A stretch of 32,000 bases of DNA from Candidatus Methanoperedens sp. (GTDB lineage: Archaea; Halobacteriota; Methanosarcinia; Methanosarcinales; Methanoperedenaceae). The position numbers and the translations under genes were made by a program. How positions within the stretch are numbered: position 1 is the stretch's first letter; every line of letters begins with the position of its first letter. Below, piece by piece: positions 1-8,720 of this stretch. The DNA lies in assembly GCA_049303315.1 (NCBI GenBank), contig JBAQMZ010000029.1, positions 105,703 to 137,702 on the forward strand, in the 5' to 3' direction. The notes below the pieces were generated by a model, which saw only the letters and a program-made list of their open reading frames with translations, was not told the DNA's origin and did no database searches.

Positions 1-2
1 TT

Positions 3-338
3 TTTTCCAAAGCTCATGTAGTATGCTTACCATCTTACAGGGAGGGGCTGCCAAGAGCGTTGATCGAAGCAGCCGCCTGCGGCAGGGCGATTGTCACAAC
101 AGACACTCCTGGATGCAGAGAAATCGTGCGCCATGGTGAAAATGGACTGCTTGTTCCTGTACGTGACAGCAAGGCTCTGGCAGATGCTGTGCGGACACTG
201 ATTGAGGATCCGGTGCTGCGAGCTAAAATGGGTGCACGGGGACGGGAGATCGCTGTCGCAGAATTTTCGCAAGAGCAAGTTATAAAAGAAACTTTATCGG
301 TATATCATGAATTGCTGAAAGATAAATGGCCGCAATAG
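3..338 (+). CDS. Glycosyltransferase family 4 (GT-B fold), C-terminal fragment; 5' end lies outside the window
   Basis: The frame is open from base 3. The translation ...VVCLPSYREGLPRALIEAAACGRAIVTTDTPGCREIV... contains the E-x7-E motif region typical of GT4. Stop codon at 336-338. Confidence 0.8.
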   Translation, partial: FSKAHVVCLPSYREGLPRALIEAAACGRAIVTTDTPGCREIVRHGENGLLVPVRDSKALADAVRTLIEDPVLRAKMGARGREIAVAEFSQEQVIKETLSVYHELLKDKWPQ

Positions 339-351
339 AGGAGTGAGCAAA

Positions 352-1329
352 ATGAAAAAAGTCATGGTAACCGGTGCAAGCGGTTTCATAGGACAGCACT
401 TGGTTAACAGATTGCTATCTCAGGGCGTAAAGGTGCATGCTCTTGTCCGCAAACGAAAAGTCTGGTTCTCTGATGAGGTTGAAGTATTTGAAGGTGAAAT
501 ATCTGACAGTGATGCTGTAAAAAGAGCAGTTGCTGGCGTGGATACTGTAATCCATCTGGCAGGCAAGGCGCATGACCTTTCAGGCAGGGATGAGGCAAAA
601 GATTATTTTGAGGTAAATGTTGAGGGAACGAGAAATCTTTTAGATTGTTGCAATAATTCGCAAGTTAAACATTTTATTTATTTTAGCAGTGTAAAAGCAA
701 TGACTGAATCAAATGAGGATATGTTAGATGAATCATTCACCCCAAAGCCAACAACCCCCTACGGTGAAAGCAAACTTGCTGCTGAAAAGCTAGTTGCCGA
801 GTATGGTGTAAGCTCTGGGATCAAAACGGCTTCATTGCGTTTATGTGCTGTATATGGTCCTGGTAATAAAGGGAACGTCTATACTTTAATAGAAGCAATA
901 GACCGTGGAAGATTTGTGATGATGGGTCACGGCAACAATTCGCGCAGCATGGTTTATGTCGGGAATGTCGTTGATGCCACAATTGCTGTTATCGAACGAA
1001 ATAAATCATGTGAGGCGGTATATATAGTGACGGATGGGATTGATTATACAATTAAGGAATTATACGAGATAATTGCAAGAAGATTAGGTAAAAGACCACT
1101 GCCATTTCATGTTCCAATGGTTATAGCAAGAGGACTCGGTTGGGTAGGCGACATCGGGGGCAGTATAACTGGGAAAAATCTAGCTTTTAATTCTGAGGTA
1201 CTAAATAAGCTTACCAGTTCCCTTACTTTTTCATCTCGGAAAATTCAAGAAGAAGTTGGATTTAAGCCAAAATACAACCTTTATAATGCTATTGATGAAA
1301 CAATTGAGTGGTATAGAGGATGCAAATAG
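352..1329 (+). CDS. NAD-dependent NDP-sugar epimerase/dehydratase (extended SDR)
   Basis: Rossmann motif VTGASGFIGQHL and catalytic YxxxK (PYGESK). ATG at 352 follows GGAG at 339-342; the track ORF begins at GTG 343 in the same frame. Confidence 0.8.
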   Translation: MKKVMVTGASGFIGQHLVNRLLSQGVKVHALVRKRKVWFSDEVEVFEGEISDSDAVKRAVAGVDTVIHLAGKAHDLSGRDEAKDYFEVNVEGTRNLLDCCNNSQVKHFIYFSSVKAMTESNEDMLDESFTPKPTTPYGESKLAAEKLVAEYGVSSGIKTASLRLCAVYGPGNKGNVYTLIEAIDRGRFVMMGHGNNSRSMVYVGNVVDATIAVIERNKSCEAVYIVTDGIDYTIKELYEIIARRLGKRPLPFHVPMVIARGLGWVGDIGGSITGKNLAFNSEVLNKLTSSLTFSSRKIQEEVGFKPKYNLYNAIDETIEWYRGCK

Positions 1330-1904
1330 GAAATGTAGTCAATACGAAAAGGCTGTTTGATTTCCTATCAGCTTCTTCATTATTACTTGTATTGTTGCCG
1401 ATAATTCTATTCATATCGCTATTTATAAAGTTAACATCCGATGGCCCCGTATTTTATATCTCAGACAGGGTTGGAGTTCAAAATAACATCTTTAAAATGT
1501 ATAAATTCCGTACAATGATAGTTGGCACTCCACCTGTTGCTACTCATCTATTAATAAACCCGGAAAAATATCTGACCCCAACGGGTAGATTCTTAAGAAA
1601 AACAAGCCTTGATGAACTACCTCAACTTTTTAATATAATCCGAGGCAAAATGAGTGTTGTCGGTCCAAGACCAGCATTATATAATCAGAATGATTTAATT
1701 GAACTTCGAACTAAAAAAGGGATACACAAACTAATTCCTGGCTTTACTGGCTGGGCGCAAATAAATGGCAGAGATGGACTTTCCATACCTGAAAAGGTAG
1801 ATTTTGATGAGTACTATTTAAAGCATCAGTGCTTTTTATTAGATCTTAAAATAATATGGAAAACTATTTTCAAGGTGATAAAAGCTGAAGGGGTTAAACA
1901 TTAA
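1320..1904 (+). CDS. Monotopic phosphoglycosyl transferase (bacterial sugar transferase family, PglC/WbaP-C-domain type)
   Basis: One N-terminal hydrophobic helix, followed by KFRTM, SLDELPQL, VVGPRP and GWAQING motifs. The ATG overlaps the upstream stop, suggesting translational coupling. Confidence 0.85.
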   Translation: MQIGNVVNTKRLFDFLSASSLLLVLLPIILFISLFIKLTSDGPVFYISDRVGVQNNIFKMYKFRTMIVGTPPVATHLLINPEKYLTPTGRFLRKTSLDELPQLFNIIRGKMSVVGPRPALYNQNDLIELRTKKGIHKLIPGFTGWAQINGRDGLSIPEKVDFDEYYLKHQCFLLDLKIIWKTIFKVIKAEGVKH

Positions 1905-1951
1905 TTTAAATTTGATTTTATTTATAATTTAAAATTAAAATATGCGATATT

Positions 1952-3832
1952 ATGGATACTATAAAATATAACTTTAAACGATTGATAAAAGAATCATCAA
2001 AAACCCTCGCCAAAAGTACATCCAGAAAAAGAGCGGCATTTTATCTTATTTTTGATTCTGTCTTCATCAGTCTCTCCATGTATGGAGCATTTTACTTGCG
2101 TTTCGAAGGGACTATTCCAGAAAATATTATTGGAAGCGTCGGCATTTTTATACTACTTGCTCTTTTGGTCAAGATTCCAGTTCTCTACTATGAAGGATTA
2201 TATAAAGTAAGCTGGTCTTATGTGGGTCTCAAGGAGCTTTTATCACTGGTGAAAAGTTTATCCTTTGCCTCGTTTTTCTTCGGAACAATTCTTTTCTTCT
2301 TTCGAGCATCCCTCCTCTTTGCAGCATTCCCCAGGTCTATACTGATTATAGACTACATGCTGACCATTTTCTTTCTGGGGAGCTTTAGGGGCTCCAAGAG
2401 AATTTACCTCCAATACACTGGACGAATGCCGGGAAAAGGAGAAAAAGTCCTGATAATAGGGGCAGGGAATACTGGCGAGCAGATTGTCAGGAGCATGCTA
2501 ACTTCCGGTGATTACTTTCCTGTTGGCTTTCTGGATGATGACCACGGGAAAATAGGTTCGACTATACATGGTATAAAGGTTCTGGGTAAACGTGAGGAAA
2601 TGGCAAAGTTTGTAAAAGAACATGAAGTAGAAAGTATTTTAATAGCTATGCCTTCAGCCCCACCCAGAGTAATAAGAGAAACTGTTGATATCGGGAGAAC
2701 TGCAGGAATAAAAAAATTAAAAATAATCCCAAGTTTGCGGGAAATAATTTCAGGTAAGGTTACCCTTGCTGCTATTAAAGAGATCGAACTGGAAGACCTT
2801 TTAGGCAGAGAGCAGGTGGAGATTGATACAGAAGCTATTGGGAGCTATCTGGATGGGAAAACTATCCTTGTGACGGGAGCGAGCGGCTCAATAGGCTCTG
2901 AGCTATGTAAGCAGATTTTGAAGTTTAATCCGAAAGTGCTGTTAGCGCTGGATCAGGATGAAACAGGACTTTTCTGGTTAACGCGGCATATTGAGGACAC
3001 AAGACTTTTACCAGTGGTCGGAAACATAAAGGATATTAGTAAAATAGATAAGCTCTTTTGCGAATTTAAACCACATGTTGTTTTTCATGCAGCAGCCTAT
3101 AAGCATGTGCCTGTCATGGAAGAGCATCCGGACGAGGCTGTGAAGAATAATGTATTCGGGACGCTTGTGGTAGGAGAAGCCTCTATAAAATATGGGACTG
3201 AGAAGTTTATACTGGTATCCACTGATAAGGCTGTAAATCCTACATCTGTGATGGGCGCTACTAAAAGACTTGCTGAAAAGGCAATCGTGGAGCTGAATAA
3301 AAGAAACAACACGATATTCGCCGCAGTAAGATTCGGGAATGTCCTGGGAAGCAGGGGAAGCGTTATTCCCATTTTTAAAGAGCAAATAATGAAAGGAGGA
3401 CCTGTTGAAGTTACTCATCCTGAGATTAAGAGATATTTTATGGTGACTTCTGAATCTGTCCTCCTGATACTTCAAGCAGGAGCAATGGCAGAAGGGGGGG
3501 AGATTTTCGTACTTGATATGGGCGAGCCTGTAAAAATAGTAGATCTTGCACGGGAGATGATACGGCTATCAGGCTTTGAACCCGATAAGGATATTCCTGT
3601 GGTATTCACTGGTCTTCGCCGTGGCGAGAAACTTTATGAAGATTTGCTGACTGCTGAAGAAGGAACGGACTCAACATGCCATGAGAAAATTTTCAGAGCA
3701 AGGTTGAATCCAGAAAATAGTGGACTTTTAGATGACCTGAGTATATTGAGGGAGTTGTGCGAAGAGAGAAAGAGCGAGGAGATAATAGCTCTTATGCGCA
3801 GGATGATTCCAACCTATAATCCTGCAAGATAA
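1952..3832 (+). CDS. Membrane-anchored polysaccharide biosynthesis protein, CapD/PglF/WbpM type (NDP-sugar 4,6-dehydratase)
   Basis: Hydrophobic N-terminal third, then two nucleotide-binding motifs (IIGAGNTGEQI and VTGASGSIGSEL). Also AAAYKHVP and VSTDKAVNPTSVMGATKR, characteristic of this family. Confidence 0.85.
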   Translation: MDTIKYNFKRLIKESSKTLAKSTSRKRAAFYLIFDSVFISLSMYGAFYLRFEGTIPENIIGSVGIFILLALLVKIPVLYYEGLYKVSWSYVGLKELLSLVKSLSFASFFFGTILFFFRASLLFAAFPRSILIIDYMLTIFFLGSFRGSKRIYLQYTGRMPGKGEKVLIIGAGNTGEQIVRSMLTSGDYFPVGFLDDDHGKIGSTIHGIKVLGKREEMAKFVKEHEVESILIAMPSAPPRVIRETVDIGRTAGIKKLKIIPSLREIISGKVTLAAIKEIELEDLLGREQVEIDTEAIGSYLDGKTILVTGASGSIGSELCKQILKFNPKVLLALDQDETGLFWLTRHIEDTRLLPVVGNIKDISKIDKLFCEFKPHVVFHAAAYKHVPVMEEHPDEAVKNNVFGTLVVGEASIKYGTEKFILVSTDKAVNPTSVMGATKRLAEKAIVELNKRNNTIFAAVRFGNVLGSRGSVIPIFKEQIMKGGPVEVTHPEIKRYFMVTSESVLLILQAGAMAEGGEIFVLDMGEPVKIVDLAREMIRLSGFEPDKDIPVVFTGLRRGEKLYEDLLTAEEGTDSTCHEKIFRARLNPENSGLLDDLSILRELCEERKSEEIIALMRRMIPTYNPAR

Positions 3833-3837
3833 TCGGC

Positions 3838-4588
3838 ATGATAGATGATATGCTGGGATGGAGGACAGGAATAAGGCAGAGCAAAAAGGTATTGCTTACT
3901 TTCCTGATACTTTGATGAACCCAATGATATTCAAAAATTTTAGACGGGTTCATCAAACCTGTGCCCCTGATGGTGATAAATGTCGGGCAGAACACAATGG
4001 CATTCCCTTTTCTCGGCACTCTTTACATAGGTTTGCTCTATCCACTGCTGATAATCCTGCTCGGCATAATAGGCGCCTCCAACGCCTTTAACATGCTGGC
4101 TGGCTACAATGGACTTGAAGCCGGGGGTAGTGATACTTTCCACGCTCGGCTTAATAGCCTACAGCACTGGCAATACGGTAGCTGTAGTAATTGCAGTTAC
4201 AACGATTTCTGCCCTGATAGCCTTACTTTATTTCAACAAATACCCTGCTAAAGTGTTCCCCGGTGATACGTTAACGTATCCTGTCGGTGCAATAGTGGCG
4301 ATAGTTGCAATCCTTGGTAACATGGAAAAGTCTGCTGTTGTGCTTTTTTCTCTGTATTATATCGAGTTCCTGCTAAAGGCAAGAGGAAAACTAAGACCCG
4401 AATGGACAGCCAGGTTATTAGACGATGGCTCGCTTGCAGTCAGGGATAAAGTTTACAGCATCCCGCACATCGCCATTCTACTTTTAAGGAAAATAAAAGG
4501 GAAGGCTTATGAATATGAGGTTGTGATGGTCGTGCTGCTATTGCAGGTAATTATTGCGATATATACGCTGTATTCATTTTATGGGTAG
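3838..4588 (+). pseudogene. Decayed AglH/WecA/MraY-family (GT4 polyprenyl-phosphate HexNAc-1-P transferase) gene: N-terminally truncated, with in-frame stops and a frameshift
   Basis: The reading starts at MIDDMLGWRTGIRQSKK (the DD motif normally sits about 90 aa into these proteins), only 6 nt after the upstream stop. Three in-frame stops occur at 3913, 3916 and 3925. The family motif NAFNMLAGYNGLEAG is in frame 1, then the frame switches at the G5 run 4123-4127. The remainder (..YFNKYPAKVFPGDTLTYPVGA..) is read in frame 2 up to 4588. Confidence 0.7.
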
Positions 4589-4624
4589 AATGAAGGTTAA
4601 AAGTGCAGCTTATGCTTCTTGCAT

Positions 4625-4695
4625 CGGTGGCTTATCGGCGCCAGGATTTTAATATTTACAATTAGATAATAGTTCCTGTGAATCCTGTCGAAAAA
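4625..4695 (+). repeat. Repeat-module copy A (uninterrupted): cggtggcttatcggcgccaggattttaatatttacaattagataatagttcctgtgaatcctgtcgaaaaa
   Basis: Aligns along its length with 8571-8595 joined to 12633-12710. Contains the GGCGCC palindrome, a TATA-like tttaatattta and two tcctgt 9-mers. Confidence 0.8.
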
Positions 4696-4740
4696 GGGAA
4701 ATATCTGCGTTCATCTGCGGTTCCTTTTTTCACTGTCGAT

Positions 4741-4794
4741 GGTTGCACGGGTAACCTACAGGCGCCGAGATTTTAATATTTACGATGCGATAAT
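4741..4794 (+). repeat. Repeat-module copy B, truncated at 4794/4795 against an epimerase gene stub
   Basis: ggttgcacgggtaacctacaggcgccgagattttaatatttacgatgcgataat matches copies A, D and E. Similarity ends exactly where the minus-strand stub MRILITGGAGF begins. Confidence 0.7.
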
Positions 4795-4827
4795 AAATCC
4801 CGCGCCGCCTGTTATAAGTATTCTCAT
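4780..4827 (-). pseudogene. 15-codon stub of an NAD-dependent epimerase gene (MRILITGGAGFIIAS*)
   Basis: The ATG lies 5 nt downstream of the uxs stop. The Rossmann start ITGGAGF is followed by divergence into repeat copy B and an immediate stop. Confidence 0.55.
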
Positions 4828-4831
4828 TTAT

Positions 4832-5761
4832 TTATTCTAAAATACCTTTAAAGTACTTTATCGTTTCTTTTATCCCCTGCTCAAGTGAAACTTCCGGTTC
4901 CCACTCCAACAGTTCTCGCGCCTTCCCAATATCAGGTCTTCTCTGCTTTGGGTCATCAACAGGCAGCTCCTTAAAAGTAATTTTTGAATCGCTGCCTGTT
5001 ATCCTGATAATGAGTTTTGCAAATTCCAGTATCGAATACTCCTCTGGATTCCCGATATTCACAGGCTGAGTATAATCCGACATCATCAACCGGTAAATCC
5101 CTTCAACTTCATCACTCACGTAGCAGAAACTTCTGGTCTGAGAACCGTCGCCGTACACAGTCAGGTCTTCTCCGCGCAAAGCCTGCCCGATGAAATTCGG
5201 GACAACCCGCCCGTCATTCAGGCGCATCCTTGGACCATAGGTGTTAAATATCCTCACAATCCGCGTATTCACGCCATGATACCTGTGATATGCCATAGTT
5301 ATAGCCTCAGCAAACCGCTTTGCCTCATCATATACACCCCTGGGACCAATCGGGTTCACGTTTCCCCAATACTCCTCGGTCTGGGGATTCACAAGCGGGT
5401 CGCCGTAAACCTCGGATGTCGAAGACAGCAAAAAGCGTGCACCCTTCTCCTTGGCGAGACCGAGCATATTATGCGTACCAAGTGCCCCGACCTTCAATGT
5501 CTGGATTGGAAGTTCAAGGTAATCAATCGGGCTTGCAGGACTTGCAAGATGGAACAGGAAGTCGATATCGTCATCAATGTAAAGTGGCTTTGTCACATCA
5601 TGTTTTATGTAGCTGAATTTGTTATTGTCTATATGGGCAATATTTCTTGCATCTCCTGTTATGAGATTGTCCACACAAATTACCTCATATCCCTTCTCGA
5701 GCAGTAAATCGCAAAGATGCGAGCCAATAAATCCTGCACCGCCTGTTGCCATTGTTTTCAT
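4832..5761 (-). CDS. uxs: UDP-glucuronate decarboxylase (UDP-xylose synthase)
   Basis: [25 protein letters not shown] and the long block [48 protein letters not shown] are all characteristic of UXS enzymes. Confidence 0.85.
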   Translation of the reverse strand: MKTMATGGAGFIGSHLCDLLLEKGYEVICVDNLITGDARNIAHIDNNKFSYIKHDVTKPLYIDDDIDFLFHLASPASPIDYLELPIQTLKVGALGTHNMLGLAKEKGARFLLSSTSEVYGDPLVNPQTEEYWGNVNPIGPRGVYDEAKRFAEAITMAYHRYHGVNTRIVRIFNTYGPRMRLNDGRVVPNFIGQALRGEDLTVYGDGSQTRSFCYVSDEVEGIYRLMMSDYTQPVNIGNPEEYSILEFAKLIIRITGSDSKITFKELPVDDPKQRRPDIGKARELLEWEPEVSLEQGIKETIKYFKGILE

Positions 5762-5767
5762 ATTACC

Positions 5768-6772
5768 TCAGAATTCAATAGATGATGAATCCCCTATATT
5801 AAGCGAGTTATGTTTTCCAAGCACGCTGGCATCATCCCCAACAATGGAATCATGTAGATTTACTTTAGATATATGCGTTCGTGAACCGATTACACTGTTC
5901 GAAATAATGCTGTTATCGATATATGAATCACTCGCAATGGAGGCATGGGGGCCAATCACAGAGTTCAATATCGTAACATTATCGCCGACAGCAACAGGCT
6001 GGATGATTACTGAATCTTTTATCCGGTGTATATGGTCAATATCCTCTTTTTCATCAAGGAGTACCCTGTTTGTTTCAAGCAGTGATTCGGAATGACCACA
6101 GTCGTACCAGCTTGAAACCGGGAAGATTTTTAATTTGAGATTCCTGTTTACCATCTCCTGCAATGCATCGGTAAGCTGGAATTCACCCCGGGTACGAATA
6201 TCATTATGAATCATATCCTCAATTATCGACAGGAGAACCGATGTTTCCTTTATGAAATACACACCTGCTATCCCGAGGTTTGATGCGGGTTTCTGGGGTT
6301 TTTCCTCCAGCCTTTTAATATATTTTCCTTCGTGTTCTACAATACCGTATTTTGTCGGGTCATCAACTTCACGGACACCTATTGAAGCTGAACACTCTCC
6401 ATTATTTGAATATTGCCTGTAAAAATCAGAATAACCTGCCTTGAAAATCATATCGCCGAGTGCAATCATTATTTCCGAATCACCGATTTCATCCCTTGCG
6501 GTGTAAACAGAATGAGCAAGACCGAGTTGTTCATCCTGAGAGACATATTTTATGTTGAAAACGCGGGAATAATTCTCATTGACATAGGAAATAATCTGTT
6601 CTTTCTTGTAACCCACAACCAGTATCACTTCCTCTGGTTCCAGCTCCTTCATCCTGTCAAGGATATGCCCGATTATAGGTTTTCCTGCAATATATACCAT
6701 AGGCTTTGGTTTGGTGAACGTATGCGGAAAAAGACGCTTACCAGCACCTGCTGCCGGTATGACTACTTTCAT
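5768..6772 (-). CDS. Sugar-1-phosphate nucleotidylyltransferase with a C-terminal left-handed beta-helix domain
   Basis: N-terminal VIPAAGAGKRLFP..KPKPMV signature and a hexapeptide-like C-terminus. The ATG at 6772 is preferred over the GTG at 6778 used by the track. Sits between ugd and uxs. Confidence 0.8.
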   Translation of the reverse strand: MKVVIPAAGAGKRLFPHTFTKPKPMVYIAGKPIIGHILDRMKELEPEEVILVVGYKKEQIISYVNENYSRVFNIKYVSQDEQLGLAHSVYTARDEIGDSEIMIALGDMIFKAGYSDFYRQYSNNGECSASIGVREVDDPTKYGIVEHEGKYIKRLEEKPQKPASNLGIAGVYFIKETSVLLSIIEDMIHNDIRTRGEFQLTDALQEMVNRNLKLKIFPVSSWYDCGHSESLLETNRVLLDEKEDIDHIHRIKDSVIIQPVAVGDNVTILNSVIGPHASIASDSYIDNSIISNSVIGSRTHISKVNLHDSIVGDDASVLGKHNSLNIGDSSSIEF

Positions 6773-6774
6773 GT

Positions 6775-6930
6775 TCACACTCTCCTGTACTCATCATCAA
6801 ACCTGACGATGTCTTCCTCGTCCACGCTGTCTCCAAGCTGTACTTCAATAATCTCAAGTAGAAGTTTCCCCGGATTGGAAACTCTGTGCTTTGAACCGAC
6901 ACGTATTATTGACTTTATGTTTCCATCTCC
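6775..6930 (-). pseudogene. Start-less C-terminal remnant of a cupin-type mannose-6-phosphate isomerase / ManC C-domain
   Basis: A 51-codon open frame without a start codon: GDGNIKSIIRVGSKHRVSNPGKLLLEIIEVQLGDSVDEEDIVRFDDEYRRV*. It matches the HR.eNPG...EVQ.G.....EDDIVR..D.Y.R tail of type II PMI/GMP enzymes. Bounded upstream by TGA (6931-6933). Confidence 0.5.
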
Positions 6931-6990
6931 TCAACCTGCATTAATTTCTTACAAATATATGTGAGCTGCATATTTAAATTATACCTTTAC

Positions 6991-8274
6991 CTACCAGCAC
7001 AGACCAATGTATTCAATATCATCACGCGGAACGAGCATATGCCTGCCATCTATTACCACCCGGTTTTCCATAACCGCAAATTCCTTACCAAGGGTTTTGA
7101 ACTCGTCCCATTCTGTCATTATAAGGCAGGCGTCAGCGCCACGTAATGCAGCAGCCGCCGAGTCATGGTATTCGATGTTCTTGAAAATCCGCTTCATGTT
7201 ATCATTTGCCATGGGGTCGTATGCGCAAACTCGCACACCGTTGTCAAGTAGTTCTTTTATGACAGGAATAGACCTTGACTCCCTTATATCATCCGTATCA
7301 TTCTTGAAAGCAAGTCCCAAAATAGCTATCTTCTTTCCATTCAGGTTCCCGAGCTTATTTTTAAGCAATGTCACCATCATGGAAGGCTGTTTTTCATTCA
7401 CATCAATTACGGATTTAAGAAGTACCGGTTCATAACCAATTTCTTTAGCTTTACCGATTAAGGCTTTTACATCCTTCGGGAAACATGAACCTCCAAACCC
7501 AGCTCCAGCGTTTAAGAAGTTCGGCCCAATCCTGAAATCCTTTCCAACGGCAGACATTACCTCATAGGTATCGATGCCGAGTTTCTTACAAATGTTCCCG
7601 ACCTCGTTGGAAAAAGAAATCTTTGTGGCAAGAAACGAATTATTTACGTATTTTATCATCTCGGCTGTACGCGGGTTTGTCCGTGTAACCTCACAATCCA
7701 GACCGCTGTAAAGTGAGGCTACAATGTCGCCTGATTTTTTATCAAGTGAACCCACGACAATTTTGTCAGGGTTCATGAAATCGTAAACCGCTTTTCCTTC
7801 ACGAAGAAACTCCGGGTTCATGGCAATCCCGAAATCCCCGGCTCGCTTTCCCGAATGTTCTTCAATAATCGGCAGTACCACCTTTTCCGTGGTTTCAGGT
7901 ACGACCGTGCTTTTTACAACCACAACATGGTAGTTTTTTTTCGTTTTCAGGGCATCACCAAGACTTGCACTTGCAGCCCTGACGATACTGAGGTCGATAT
8001 TGCCGTCAGAATCTGACGGCGTTCCCACGCAAATAAACGATACGTCAGAGTTATTTACTGCAAAATCATAGTCTGATGTGGCGCTCAGCCCCTTTCCTGC
8101 GTGCTTATTAAGTAGTTTGGAAAGCCCCTCTTCATATATCGGTGGGATTCCGGCATTTATCTGGTCTATTTTTGTGCTATCGATATCAACGCAAATAACA
8201 TTGTGCCCGAGTTCAGCAAAACATGAAGCACTGACTGTGCCTACATACCCGGTTCCTATTACAGAGATTCTCAT
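6991..8274 (-). CDS. ugd: UDP-glucose 6-dehydrogenase
   Basis: N-terminal VIGTGYVGTVSASCFAELGH and the catalytic-Cys motif GFGGSCFPKDVKAL. Length is 427 aa. Confidence 0.9.
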   Translation of the reverse strand: MRISVIGTGYVGTVSASCFAELGHNVICVDIDSTKIDQINAGIPPIYEEGLSKLLNKHAGKGLSATSDYDFAVNNSDVSFICVGTPSDSDGNIDLSIVRAASASLGDALKTKKNYHVVVVKSTVVPETTEKVVLPIIEEHSGKRAGDFGIAMNPEFLREGKAVYDFMNPDKIVVGSLDKKSGDIVASLYSGLDCEVTRTNPRTAEMIKYVNNSFLATKISFSNEVGNICKKLGIDTYEVMSAVGKDFRIGPNFLNAGAGFGGSCFPKDVKALIGKAKEIGYEPVLLKSVIDVNEKQPSMMVTLLKNKLGNLNGKKIAILGLAFKNDTDDIRESRSIPVIKELLDNGVRVCAYDPMANDNMKRIFKNIEYHDSAAAALRGADACLIMTEWDEFKTLGKEFAVMENRVVIDGRHMLVPRDDIEYIGLCW

Positions 8275-8350
8275 AAATACGTCCTTTTTCCTTCTTTTAA
8301 ACTATACGGATATATTAGCTGTTAGATAATTGTACTCGACAGTCAAATAA

Positions 8351-8443
8351 TCATTCCGTTAAACTAATAAAACCTGACGAAATAACTCTATCGTCCATCA
8401 GTGCTCCAACAAATCCCGCGCCGCCAGTCACCATGCATTTCAT
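8351..8443 (-). pseudogene. 30-codon stub of an NAD-dependent epimerase gene (MKCMVTGGAGFVGALMDDRVISSGFISLTE*)
   Basis: A Rossmann N-terminus only, lying upstream of ugd on the same strand. Below the ORF-track length cutoff. Confidence 0.45.
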
Positions 8444-8570
8444 GCCTGTAAAATTGAACTGACATTACTTAAATCCTCTCCCAGAGCTCAAAGCCCTGCG
8501 CCAGCCTCTGTACGACCACAGCACTGCCAGGGTGGTTTTGCTTGCATGTGTCGGGAATAGTAGAAATGAT

Positions 8571-8595
8571 GTTGCTTCGGTTAGCATATCGGCGC
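8571..8595 (+). repeat. Repeat-module copy C, left half only (gttgcttcggttagcatatcggcgc), cut off by the insertion
   Basis: Matches the 5' part of copies E, A and B. The expected continuation (c-ggnnntttaatattta...) is found only at 12649 onward. Confidence 0.75.
8580..8595 (+). repeat. Left copy of the 16-bp direct repeat (putative target-site duplication) gttagcatatcggcgc
   Basis: Identical 16-mer at 12633-12648. The boundary is ambiguous by 1 nt, so the duplication is 15-16 bp. Confidence 0.75.
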
Positions 8596-8596
8596 A

Positions 8597-8642
8597 CGCC
8601 CCCCGCTCTGCATTTTCATGGTTTTTATTTATCTCTTTGTCC
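8597..8642 (+). repeat. Left terminal inverted repeat
   Basis: The tip cgccccccgc (8597-8606) is the exact reverse complement of 12624-12633. The block 8621-8642 (gtttttatttatctctttgtcc) matches the reverse complement of 12588-12609 at 17/22, at the same 23-nt offset from the tip. Confidence 0.7.
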
Positions 8643-8674
8643 TCTCTCGGGTTCACAATCATTAATATATCCTT

Positions 8675-8696
8675 GTTTTTATTTATACTTTTGTAC
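8675..8696 (+). repeat. Second subterminal copy of the 22-bp arm motif (gtttttatttatacttttgtac)
   Basis: Matches 8621-8642 at 18/22 and the reverse complement of 12588-12609 at 19/22. Confidence 0.55.
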
Positions 8697-8720
8697 TTTC
8701 GTTTTCTTCTTATATCTTTT

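Noticed and set aside
3858-4251. Track ORFs 3858-4091(+), 3961-4251(+), 3792-4019(-) and 3940-4143(-) as separate genes.
   Set aside because: 3961-4251 and 4109-4588 are two frames of one decayed AglH/WecA-like gene. The other ORFs are overlapping shadows without motifs.
8460-8600. A tRNA gene as the integration target (also checked 12633-12800 and 4611-4800).
   Set aside because: I could not fold any cloverleaf on either strand. There is no GTTCRAnnC T-loop and no matching acceptor stems. The target is the repeat module, not a tRNA, as far as can be judged by eye.
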